Made by a program: the position numbers and the translations under genes. A DNA stretch of 64,000 nucleotides from Candidatus Omnitrophota bacterium (GTDB taxonomy: Bacteria > Omnitrophota > Gorgyraeia > 2-01-FULL-45-10), in contig JBAZNZ010000004.1 in NCBI GenBank assembly GCA_041648975.1, positions 1,779 to 65,778 of the forward strand. Direction: 5' to 3'. Below the pieces are notes generated by a model. That model was not told the origin of the DNA and did no database searches. It was given only the letters and a program-made list of their open reading frames with translations. Positions 35,930 to 44,392 of this stretch are shown here, piece by piece; the first letter of the stretch is position 1; the number at the start of each line of letters is the position of its first letter.

Positions 35930-36524
35930 CGTTCTTTAATGACACTATATCGCTGTACTCGGCTTTGATATGCTGTCCGCCCGGCCTTGTGCCGGCGATA
36001 TCTTTCTCCACCGTTGCCGTGACTTTGATAAGATTACCGCACCCCAAATATTTCTCAAATTTCAGGTCCGACAATCCGATAGTGGCCATTATCTCATGGA
36101 CAGTTCCGTCATTATCCATATAATACAGCGCGTTCAGCCCGGATGCGGCATCAATGCCAAGATAAAAAGACCTTTCGTTCGAACCATCCGGCTCAAGAGC
36201 GTAATTTATCCTCTGGAGCGAAGGGATATCCGGCTCGGCTATCGCGTTAGCTATACCGTTCCTCCTTTTAAATGTAACCGCGCCCACACTGAATGTCCCA
36301 ACCGTATCATCCATACTGCCTTCCCGGATCGCCGAAAGGGCGATCCTCGCGATCCGCTGGGCTTCGATACGGGGCGACATCTCGTAAAACCAGGACCAGC
36401 TCATCACATATATCGACCATGCCGCCAGAAATATGAACATGGCGATAAAACTTGCCGTCAAAAGCTCTGTTAAAGTGAATGCGCGCCCGGTCCCGGCGTC
36501 AGGAAGACGTATGGTATGCGACAT
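35919..36524 (-). CDS. Prepilin-type minor pilin (PilW/GspJ-like), non-canonical leader
   Basis: GRAFTLTELLTASFIAMFIFLAAW, a class-III-signal-like N-terminus with Glu at +5-equivalent. Confidence 0.55.
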   Translation of the reverse strand: MSHTIRLPDAGTGRAFTLTELLTASFIAMFIFLAAWSIYVMSWSWFYEMSPRIEAQRIARIALSAIREGSMDDTVGTFSVGAVTFKRRNGIANAIAEPDIPSLQRINYALEPDGSNERSFYLGIDAASGLNALYYMDNDGTVHEIMATIGLSDLKFEKYLGCGNLIKVTATVEKDIAGTRPGGQHIKAEYSDIVSLKNVAS

Positions 36525-36999
36525 AGCAAACCGCCCTTTCGCTGCATGCCTGGCCGTTCATATCTTCATTCCATGTTACGACGAAGCCGACGATTTTAAA
36601 AGGAACCCCGATATATGTTATCTGCGTGCCATCGGCATTTTCCACATTATCCGGAAAATAAGGATCCGGAACCAGCGAGCCAACCAGGTCATCGGACGTA
36701 TCGGCCGTACCCCGAGTATCTATCGTAACGGGTGTCGGATCTGCCGAGGATATCGTTTCGTAATAATCGGCTTCGCCTCCGATCCCGCCGTCATATCCCG
36801 CGCGCAATTCCTGTTCCATGTAACCGCTGATGACGTTCATCGCCGCAAGCCTGTGCCTCGCGCGCGAGGCCCCGAGGTTTGAGATGGTAAAAGCGCCGAG
36901 GACGCTTACCAAAAGCGTGCCCAGAAGCACTATACTGATAAGGCTTTCGACCAACGTGAGGCCTTTATTGCCGCGTAAAAAAAATGGCCGCAGTATCAT
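36499..36999 (-). CDS. Prepilin-type minor pilin (PilV-like)
   Basis: NKG|LTLVESLISIVLLGTLLV, a canonical prepilin cleavage/methylation motif. Confidence 0.65.
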   Translation of the reverse strand: MILRPFFLRGNKGLTLVESLISIVLLGTLLVSVLGAFTISNLGASRARHRLAAMNVISGYMEQELRAGYDGGIGGEADYYETISSADPTPVTIDTRGTADTSDDLVGSLVPDPYFPDNVENADGTQITYIGVPFKIVGFVVTWNEDMNGQACSERAVCYVAYHTSS

Positions 37000-37352
37000 G
37001 GCAGTGTATGCCCCTCGCTCTCTTTACTGCATCTCACTTGAGGTTTGTCTCCGACAGGATAGATGGTATATACACCCTTGGAAGGACAAGCCGGCTTGCC
37101 GCCGTCGATGTAGACATAGATCACTTCTTCCTGTTCGATCGAAGGCTGCGTACCGCTCTGGATAGTATTGTCCAGAGCCCACTGTTCAATGGCTCCGTCA
37201 ATCTGTTTCAGGTTATTTATACAGGCATTCTTTGCAGCGGCCCTGCCTGTTTTGAGATAATTAGGGACAACGATTGCGAGGATGATTGCGATCACTAAGA
37301 CCACTATCATCAATTCTACCAAAGTGTAGGACTTGCGGTGGAAGAAGATCAT
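36996..37352 (-). CDS. Pilin paralog with Ser instead of Gly at the -1 cleavage position
   Basis: HRKS|YTLVELMIVVLVIAIILAIVVPNY; shares KNACINNLKQIDGAIEQWALDN and a C-terminal C...GHTLP with the upstream pilin. Confidence 0.6.
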   Translation of the reverse strand: MIFFHRKSYTLVELMIVVLVIAIILAIVVPNYLKTGRAAAKNACINNLKQIDGAIEQWALDNTIQSGTQPSIEQEEVIYVYIDGGKPACPSKGVYTIYPVGDKPQVRCSKESEGHTLP

Positions 37353-37382
37353 TATTATTATATATATTATTTCTTTTGATAT

Positions 37383-37411
37383 AATTTATCATAATAGTGG
37401 TAAGTTGTCAA
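37383..37411 (-). promoter_or_regulatory. Candidate promoter for the pilin paralog (TTGACA -35, weak -10 TAAATT)
   Basis: Minus strand reads cTTGACAacttaccactattatgaTAAATT, downstream of the pilA terminators. Confidence 0.35.
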
Positions 37412-37427
37412 GCTATAGTGCTTATAT

Positions 37428-37483
37428 ATTGAGAAAAGGACCTACGAGGTGCGACGAGTTTAAGTGATCGCTCCTCGTAGGTC
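37428..37483 (-). terminator. Second terminator-like hairpin after pilA
   Basis: GACCTACGAGG...CCTCGTAGGTC (11-bp stem), followed on the minus strand by CCTTTTCTC. Confidence 0.4.
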
Positions 37484-37504
37484 TATCATAGATCATTGGT
37501 TAAC

Positions 37505-37562
37505 TACAATAAATAACCCCGCGCTTTCCTGCAAGGAGTTCCTTGCATGTAAAGCGCGGGGT
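37505..37562 (-). terminator. Strong rho-independent terminator after pilA
   Basis: Minus strand reads ACCCCGCGCTTTacatgcaaggaactccttgcaggAAAGCGCGGGGT then TATTTATTG. 12-bp GC-rich stem with a nested inner hairpin. Confidence 0.6.
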
Positions 37563-37599
37563 CGCTTGTATCATTATGTGCTACAGCCAAACACGGACC

Positions 37600-37968
37600 T
37601 TATAATGTGTGGCCCGTTGTGCTATTCGGACATACCGGAGCAGCAGCCACTGTTGCAGGTGTGGCATACGCAGTAGTTCCGCATGTAGGCCATTTCTTCA
37701 GGTAATCAGGAACAACACCGATCGTAGCGCCGTCTGTATCCTTCACTACGGCATCCGTATCGTTCTTGCCCTGATCTATGGCCCACACCTGGATCGCTCC
37801 CTGTATCTGCTTCAGGTTGCCGATGCAGGCGTTCTTCAACGCAGTCTGCCTTGCTCTGACGAAGTTCGGAATGGCTATCGCCGCCAATAGACCGATAATT
37901 GCGACTACTATCATAATTTCAACAAGCGTAAAGCCTTTCCTGTTCATCTTTATCATCATATATATCAC
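37600..37968 (-). CDS. pilA: Type IV major pilin (PilA-like)
   Basis: NRKG|FTLVEIMIVVAIIGLLAAIAIPNF canonical class III signal. Own consensus promoter; two downstream terminator hairpins. Confidence 0.75.
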   Translation of the reverse strand: MIYMMIKMNRKGFTLVEIMIVVAIIGLLAAIAIPNFVRARQTALKNACIGNLKQIQGAIQVWAIDQGKNDTDAVVKDTDGATIGVVPDYLKKWPTCGTTAYATPATVAAAPVCPNSTTGHTL

Positions 37969-38084
37969 CTTCCTTTCTCCCAGGATTGGGTGCTTTTTTA
38001 TGGTATAGGAAAGTATAAAACTTTCCTATTTTAATATATAATACCTATAAACCTACTTGCCTCCACCTCAACCTTTCTTTTATT

Positions 38085-38113
38085 AATATACCATACAATA
38101 CAGCTATTGTCAA
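38085..38113 (-). promoter_or_regulatory. Consensus sigma70-type promoter for pilA (TTGACA-17-TATATT), about 116-nt leader
   Basis: Minus strand reads cTTGACAatagctgtattgtatggTATATTaat. Located just downstream of the pilC stop. Confidence 0.55.
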
Positions 38114-38125
38114 GACCATGGAACC

Positions 38126-39340
38126 CTACACTCCCATGACAGCGGTTATTTTGAATATCGGCAGGAACATACATATAACAATCGACCCTATAACAATACC
38201 CAAAAATGCTATTATAAGGGGCTCTATAAGGCTTGTCAGGGCGCTTACCGAAGAATCTACCTGTTCATCATAAAAATCGGCTATTTTTGACAGCATTTTC
38301 TCCAACTGACCTGATTGTTCGCCCACAAGGACCATCCTGGTAACCATAGGAGGAAATATCTTTGACCTTGCCAATGGCTGAGCTATACTTTCTCCTTCCT
38401 TAACACTCGTTCGAACATCATCTATGGCCTTTTCAACTACCTTATTTCCCGATGTTTTGCTGACTATTTCAAGCGACGCAAGTATTGGGACACCCGATTT
38501 TATAAGAGTAGCGAGAGTCCTGGTAAATTTGCTTATGGCAACCTTTCTGAACAGGATGCCAAAGATCGGCATTTTTAGCATAAATGAATCGAGCCGGAAC
38601 CGCCCTTTTTCTGTTTTAAGGAACTTGTTAAGCATAAATCCGCCGGCAATCAATCCTATAAATATCACCGCCGCGAATTTCTGGAGCGCATCGCTGATAC
38701 TGAGCAGGATACGGGTCGGCATTGGCAACTCTGCCCCAAATCCTTCAAATATGGTCCTGAATACAGGCACCACCTTCCATAGAAGAACGAAAGTAATACC
38801 AATAGCCATTAAACTGACTATAGCCGGATAGACAAGAGCTGATTTCACCTTCTTTTGAAGAGAGCTCGTCTTTTCCAGGTATTCCGCAAGTCGGTCGAGT
38901 ATCTCGTCCAACATACCGCTCGATTCGCCGGCTTTTACCATATTCACAAACAGGGACGAGAAGATGTTTTTCTGCTTTGACATGGCGTCTGAAAGGCTGG
39001 CGCCCGCCTCCACGTCGCTTCGCACATTAACGACGATGGCGGCAAAGGCCTTGTTGTCCATCTGCTCACCGAGAATATCAAGCCCTCCTACAAGAGGTAT
39101 GCCCGCATCCACCATAGTGGCAAGCTGCCGCGAGAATATCACTATATCATCCAATTTTACTTTCTTCTTGCCGCCGAGCAGGGAGGGAAATTTAAAACCG
39201 GAAACCTGTTCGCTGACCGAAACTATAATGACATCTTTTTTCCTGAGTATATCTATGACTTCCGCGCGGTTCTTTGCCTCAATGGTCCCGGTTACCGCAT
39301 TCCCGCTATTGTCTTTTGCCGCATATTTGAACTTTCCCAT
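38126..39340 (-). CDS. pilC: Type IV pilus inner-membrane platform protein PilC (GspF family)
   Basis: Two GspF repeats, about 400 aa, adjacent to pilB. Confidence 0.9.
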   Translation of the reverse strand: MGKFKYAAKDNSGNAVTGTIEAKNRAEVIDILRKKDVIIVSVSEQVSGFKFPSLLGGKKKVKLDDIVIFSRQLATMVDAGIPLVGGLDILGEQMDNKAFAAIVVNVRSDVEAGASLSDAMSKQKNIFSSLFVNMVKAGESSGMLDEILDRLAEYLEKTSSLQKKVKSALVYPAIVSLMAIGITFVLLWKVVPVFRTIFEGFGAELPMPTRILLSISDALQKFAAVIFIGLIAGGFMLNKFLKTEKGRFRLDSFMLKMPIFGILFRKVAISKFTRTLATLIKSGVPILASLEIVSKTSGNKVVEKAIDDVRTSVKEGESIAQPLARSKIFPPMVTRMVLVGEQSGQLEKMLSKIADFYDEQVDSSVSALTSLIEPLIIAFLGIVIGSIVICMFLPIFKITAVMGV

Positions 39341-39341
39341 C

Positions 39342-41066
39342 TCAATCCTCCGAAGTGACTCTCAAGACCTCTTCGAACGTCGTGACACCGTTCACAAAAT
39401 TCTCTATGGCATTATCCCTCAGTGTCTTCATATGGAGCTCTTTTACGGCGTAATTTTTTATATCGTCACTGCCGCTCTTTTTCATTACCATATCGCGTAT
39501 AGAATCATCAAGAAGGAGGGCTTCGAGAATACCTATCCTTCCATAATATCCCGTATCGCTGCATTTAGGGCAGCCCCTGCCCTTAAAAAATACCTTTCTG
39601 TCTTTTTTAACCACTTCATCGATATTAAAGCCTGCCCTTTCAAATACGTTCTTCGGGATCTCGACTTCCATTTTACAATTAGGGCATATCTTCCTCATGA
39701 GGCGCTGCGCCGACGACAAGACAAGGCTCGACGCGACAAGGAAAGGCTCGACTCCCATATCTATCAGGCGGGTTATCGCGCCCGCTGAATCGTTAGTGTG
39801 CAGGGTGCTGAGGATCAGCTGCCCGGTAAGCGAGGCCTTGATAGCGATATCCGCGGTCTCAAAATCCCTTATCTCTCCCACCATCACTATGTCCGGGCTC
39901 TGCCTCAATACGGACTTAAGGCCGTTTGCGAAAGTCAACCCTATCTCGGACCTTGCCTGTATCTGAGTAATGCCTTCCACCTCATACTCGACCGGATCCT
40001 CAAGAGTAATTATATTGCGTTCCGGCGTGTTAAGCTGCGTTACTATCGAATAGAGCGTCGTCGATTTTCCGCTGCCTGTAGGGCCGGTAACAAGTATCAT
40101 ACCGTACGGCCTTTCAAGCGCGGTCTTAAAGGTGCCAAGCGGGCCCGGCAGGAATCCGAGCTTATCCAGCCCGATGCTTAGGCTCGATTTGTCGAGCGCC
40201 CTTAAAACTATCTTTCCGCCGAACGCCACGGGAAGAACCGACACCCTGAAGTCTATCTCGTTCCCCAGAAAGTTTATCCGGAAACGTCCGTCCTGCGGCA
40301 TCCTCGTCTCGGTGATGTCGAGCCTTGACAGGATCTTAAGGCGCGCCAGGACGGCGTTCTGGTTCTTCTTAGGCAGTGAAAATACATCGTGCAGGCTGCC
40401 GTCTATCCTGTATCGTATCCTCAGGTTCTTCTCGCACGGTTCGATATGTATATCGCTCGCGCGGCGTTTCAAGGCTTCATTCAATATCAGGCCCACCATC
40501 TTTACGATCGGCGCGCTTTTCGATTCTTCGGCTACCTCGCTTATATCGACCCTGTCTTCCTCTTCCACCTTCTCTATCTCTACGGCCTCCGAAGAGACCT
40601 CCTCCAGGAGCTTTGTTATCTCCTGCGCATGGCCCCCGTAATAGTTATGTATCCCCTGCATGATGTCGTTCTCTGTGGCTATCACAGGGTCTATCTGGAA
40701 ATGGGTAAGCATCTTTATATCGTCTATCGCGAGTATATTAAGCGGGTCCGACATAGCTATCGTAAGGACGCCGCCGATCTTCGATACGGGTATTATCGAA
40801 TACTGCCTGGCCATCTTCTCCGGGATCAGCGGGATAAGCGACTTATCTATCTTATATTTCGTCAGGTCTATAGGAGGCATGTTAAGCTGGCGGCTCATCA
40901 CCACCATGAGGTCCTTTTCCGATACGAAACCGTTCCCGATCAATATCTTTCCAAGACTTCCTCCGGATTTTTTCTGTATCTCGAGGGCGCGGTCAAGATC
41001 CTTCTGCTTTACCATCTTACCGTTAACCAGAAGGTCTATGAGCTTATATCTGAATGATTCTATCAT
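39342..41066 (-). CDS. pilB: Type IV pilus assembly ATPase PilB (GspE family), copy 1
   Basis: Two N-terminal GSPII_E_N domains, Walker A GPTGSGKSTT, Asp box, His box, tetracysteine CPNC...CPKC. Confidence 0.9.
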   Translation of the reverse strand: MIESFRYKLIDLLVNGKMVKQKDLDRALEIQKKSGGSLGKILIGNGFVSEKDLMVVMSRQLNMPPIDLTKYKIDKSLIPLIPEKMARQYSIIPVSKIGGVLTIAMSDPLNILAIDDIKMLTHFQIDPVIATENDIMQGIHNYYGGHAQEITKLLEEVSSEAVEIEKVEEEDRVDISEVAEESKSAPIVKMVGLILNEALKRRASDIHIEPCEKNLRIRYRIDGSLHDVFSLPKKNQNAVLARLKILSRLDITETRMPQDGRFRINFLGNEIDFRVSVLPVAFGGKIVLRALDKSSLSIGLDKLGFLPGPLGTFKTALERPYGMILVTGPTGSGKSTTLYSIVTQLNTPERNIITLEDPVEYEVEGITQIQARSEIGLTFANGLKSVLRQSPDIVMVGEIRDFETADIAIKASLTGQLILSTLHTNDSAGAITRLIDMGVEPFLVASSLVLSSAQRLMRKICPNCKMEVEIPKNVFERAGFNIDEVVKKDRKVFFKGRGCPKCSDTGYYGRIGILEALLLDDSIRDMVMKKSGSDDIKNYAVKELHMKTLRDNAIENFVNGVTTFEEVLRVTSED

Positions 41067-42790
41067 ACCGTATCCAGGTCCTGTTCCCCGACTGTTACCC
41101 GAAGCACCTCGTCCAGGGTTGTCACGCCGTCGAGCGCGTTCTGCATCCCGTTCTCCCTGAGAGTCTTCATGCCTTCACGCCTGGCCTCTTCCCGTATCTT
41201 ATATTCCTGGGCTTCTTCCAGTATAAGGACCTTTATTCTTGAAGTTACCGGCAAAACTTCAAGTAACGCCGTCCTTCCCTTATAACCCGTGCCCAGGCAT
41301 TTATTGCACCCTTTGCCGCGATAGAACTTAACGCCCTTCTTATCAGTATCTATCTTAAGCTTTTCGGCCATATCTTTGCCGAGTTCGAAAGGCTCTTTGC
41401 AGCTCAGGCATATCTTGCGGACAAGCCTCTGCGCGCCTACCATTATTAAGGATGAGGTTATTAAGAACGGTTCGACGCCCATGTTAATAAGGCGGACTAT
41501 GGAACCGGTAGCCGTCGTCGTATGCAGTGTGCTTAAGACCAGGTGGCCCGTCAAGGCCGACTTGATCGCTATATCGACAGTCTCGAAGTCCCTTATCTCC
41601 CCTATCATTATAACATTCGGGTCCTGGCGCAATATCGAGCGTAAGACACTCGCGAAAGTAAGCCCGATATCGGGTTTTGCGGCGACCTGATTTATGCCTT
41701 CGATTATATACTCCACAGGATCTTCGACAGTGACGATATTCTTTTCGGGAGAATTCACATGCTGCATTACCGAATAAAGGGTGGTGGTCTTGCCGCATCC
41801 GGTCGGCCCGCATATCAGGATCATACCGTGCGGCTTTGAATCGGCTTTCTTTATCTCCTCCAGGGACCGGGTGTCAAATCCCAGCTTCTCTATATCAAGG
41901 GTAGCCTGGGACTTGTCCAGGATCCTCAACGCGACTTTTTCCCCGCGGCTGGACGGAAGAACCGAGACCCTGAAGTCCACTTCCCTGCCGCTCAACTTTA
42001 CCTTAAACCTTCCGTCTTGAGGCAGTCGTCTTTCCGCTATGTCCAGGTCCGACATTACCTTTATCCTGGATATTATGGCGTTCTGGAATGCCTTCGGCGA
42101 CCGCTTGCCTTCGCGCCATATGCCGTCAACGCGGTATCTTATACGGACCTCGGTGTCGAGAGGCTCGATAAGTATATCGCTGGAACGCATTGAAACGCCT
42201 TCCGCGAGAAGCATATTGGTGATCTTGACCACAGGCGCATCCTGGGTCATCCTCAATATGTCTGTGGAACTCTGCGATTCTTCGCCGGAGAGATTATCAA
42301 TAAGCTTCAGGTCATCGATATCGCCCACTATCTTCTCTATCGCCGCATAAGCATCCTCGTCATAATAATGGCCGAGCGCCTCCCTGATATCCTTTTCATA
42401 CGCGATGACCGGGCTTATTTTATATCCCGTGAGCGTCTTTATATCGTCTATCGCGAATATATTAAGAGGATCAGCCATGGCTATCATCAAGGTGTCTCCG
42501 ATCTTCGATATCGGCAGGATCATGTAATTTCTCGCTGTCTTTCTCGGCACCAATTTTATGACAGCGGGATCTATCTTATAGCGTGAGAGGTTTATAGGAG
42601 GTATGCCGAGCCCCTGGCTAAGTGTAACCATCAGGTCGCTTTTCGATACAAGGCCCAGGCTGATAAGTATATCGCTTAAAGACCCGCCCTTTTCCTTCTG
42701 GAATGAAATGGCCTTTTCGAGATCGGCAGGTTTAATGAGCTTCTTATCGACCAGTAATTTCGCAAGTTTCTCTTTTAATTCTGTAGCCAT
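41063..42790 (-). CDS. pilB: GspE-family pilus/secretion ATPase, tandem paralog of pilB (copy 2)
   Basis: Same architecture as copy 1 (GPTGCGKTTT, CLSC...CNKC). The two proteins are clearly divergent paralogs. Confidence 0.85.
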   Translation of the reverse strand: MATELKEKLAKLLVDKKLIKPADLEKAISFQKEKGGSLSDILISLGLVSKSDLMVTLSQGLGIPPINLSRYKIDPAVIKLVPRKTARNYMILPISKIGDTLMIAMADPLNIFAIDDIKTLTGYKISPVIAYEKDIREALGHYYDEDAYAAIEKIVGDIDDLKLIDNLSGEESQSSTDILRMTQDAPVVKITNMLLAEGVSMRSSDILIEPLDTEVRIRYRVDGIWREGKRSPKAFQNAIISRIKVMSDLDIAERRLPQDGRFKVKLSGREVDFRVSVLPSSRGEKVALRILDKSQATLDIEKLGFDTRSLEEIKKADSKPHGMILICGPTGCGKTTTLYSVMQHVNSPEKNIVTVEDPVEYIIEGINQVAAKPDIGLTFASVLRSILRQDPNVIMIGEIRDFETVDIAIKSALTGHLVLSTLHTTTATGSIVRLINMGVEPFLITSSLIMVGAQRLVRKICLSCKEPFELGKDMAEKLKIDTDKKGVKFYRGKGCNKCLGTGYKGRTALLEVLPVTSRIKVLILEEAQEYKIREEARREGMKTLRENGMQNALDGVTTLDEVLRVTVGEQDLDTV

Positions 42791-42825
42791 ATTTATCCGG
42801 TCCTATGATCGCGCAAAACCGCGTC

Positions 42826-43275
42826 TCAATGGCGGTTATAGTTCTTGCTTATCGCGTTAGTCACGTCGGTCATCGTGCTCACGAAGACCTGGACCTTGCA
42901 CTTCGTAAGCATCTCTATATCCTCAACTGCCTGGAAATTCAGCGGATTCGACATCGCTATCGTAAGGAGGTCGCCTATTTTATCTATAGCTATAAGGTTA
43001 TATTGTTTAGCGACGTGCTCGGGTATCATCTTGACGGCTTCGCTATTCACCTCATAAAATTCCAGAGGAAGATAGGGGAAACCGTATTGGACGGTCAGGG
43101 CCTGCGCTATCTCCTCTTCCTTGGCGAAACCCATCGCGACCATTATCTGGCCTATCAGGCCGCCCTTCTCCTCCTGAACCTTCAAGGCCTTAGCCAATTG
43201 CGACTCGTTTATCACGCCTCTTTCCAGTAGAAGTTCACCCAATTGTTTCGAGACAATACGTCTTATTGGAGACAT
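42826..43275 (-). CDS. Stand-alone GSPII_E N-terminal (MshEN-like) domain protein
   Basis: Two tandem N-domain repeats and nothing else. First repeat QLGELLLERGVINESQLAKALKVQ fits the MshEN c-di-GMP-binding motif except R to Q at position 1. Confidence 0.6.
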   Translation of the reverse strand: MSPIRRIVSKQLGELLLERGVINESQLAKALKVQEEKGGLIGQIMVAMGFAKEEEIAQALTVQYGFPYLPLEFYEVNSEAVKMIPEHVAKQYNLIAIDKIGDLLTIAMSNPLNFQAVEDIEMLTKCKVQVFVSTMTDVTNAISKNYNRH

Positions 43276-43296
43276 CGGAAACCTTTACTATCACGC

Positions 43297-44361
43297 CTAC
43301 TTTTTAAATATCCTCTTAAGATCATCGACATCAGTGGATCTCTCAAGTGCCTCTTCGTAAGATATAAGCTTCTTCTGGTATAGTTCATAAAGGGCCTGGT
43401 TCATTGTCCTCATGCCCTCTTTCTGCGAGGTCTGCATGACGGAATATATCTGATGGATCTTAGACTCCCTGATCATGCTGCGTACAGCGGCCGTGATCAA
43501 TAAAATCTCTACAGCCAGGACGCGGCCGTGGCCTCCGACCTTCGGCAGCAACTGCTGGGCCATAACGCCTATAAGGACAAATGAAAGCTGCGTCCTTATC
43601 TGGGCCTGCTGATAAGCGGGAAAGACGTCTATGAGCCTGTTTATCGTCTGGACGCAATCCGATGTATGGAGCGTGGCAAAAACGAGGTGGCCTGTCTCTG
43701 CGATTATAAGCGCGGATTCTATCGTCTCGAGATCCCTTAATTCCCCTATTAATATTACATCGGGATCCTGGCGCAGGACATGTTTAAGGGCCCCGGTAAA
43801 TGAATAGGTGTCGCTTCCAAGCTCGCGCTGGTTGACAATGGCCTTTTTATTCCTGTGAAGATACTCTATAGGGTCTTCGACTGTTACAATGTGACACGGC
43901 CTTGCGGCGTTTATCGAATCTATCATCGATGCCAGGCTCGTCGATTTTCCGCTTCCGGTAGCGCCTGTGACAAGCACGAGCCCTTTCGGACGGTTACATA
44001 AGTCCTTCACGACATCGATAGGCAGGCCGCATTCTTCTAACGGCCATATGTCGTGCGGTATCACCCTTATCGAGCACGCGATAGAGTCCCTCTGCTTGAA
44101 GACATTCACCCTGAACCGGCCCAGGCCGGATACTCCGAAAGCCAGATCAAGCTCCAATTCGCGCTCGAACTTCTCTTTCTGCGCGTCGTTCAGCAACTTA
44201 TAGGTCAGCTCTTTCGATTCCACCGGGGTGAGGATACCTCCTTCAACCGGGATGAGTTTTTCGTCTACGCGTATAACGACCGGCGCTCCCGCGGTAATAT
44301 GGATATCCGAAGCGCCTTTCTCTACCATCATCTTCAATAGCTTATTCATGTCGTGAGGCAT
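43297..44361 (-). CDS. pilT: Twitching motility ATPase PilT
   Basis: PilT length (354 aa), Walker A GATGSGKST and PilT-type N-terminus. Confidence 0.9.
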   Translation of the reverse strand: MPHDMNKLLKMMVEKGASDIHITAGAPVVIRVDEKLIPVEGGILTPVESKELTYKLLNDAQKEKFERELELDLAFGVSGLGRFRVNVFKQRDSIACSIRVIPHDIWPLEECGLPIDVVKDLCNRPKGLVLVTGATGSGKSTSLASMIDSINAARPCHIVTVEDPIEYLHRNKKAIVNQRELGSDTYSFTGALKHVLRQDPDVILIGELRDLETIESALIIAETGHLVFATLHTSDCVQTINRLIDVFPAYQQAQIRTQLSFVLIGVMAQQLLPKVGGHGRVLAVEILLITAAVRSMIRESKIHQIYSVMQTSQKEGMRTMNQALYELYQKKLISYEEALERSTDVDDLKRIFKK

Positions 44362-44392
44362 CTATCGTTCTCCTCTCAAAAAAATTTTAATT

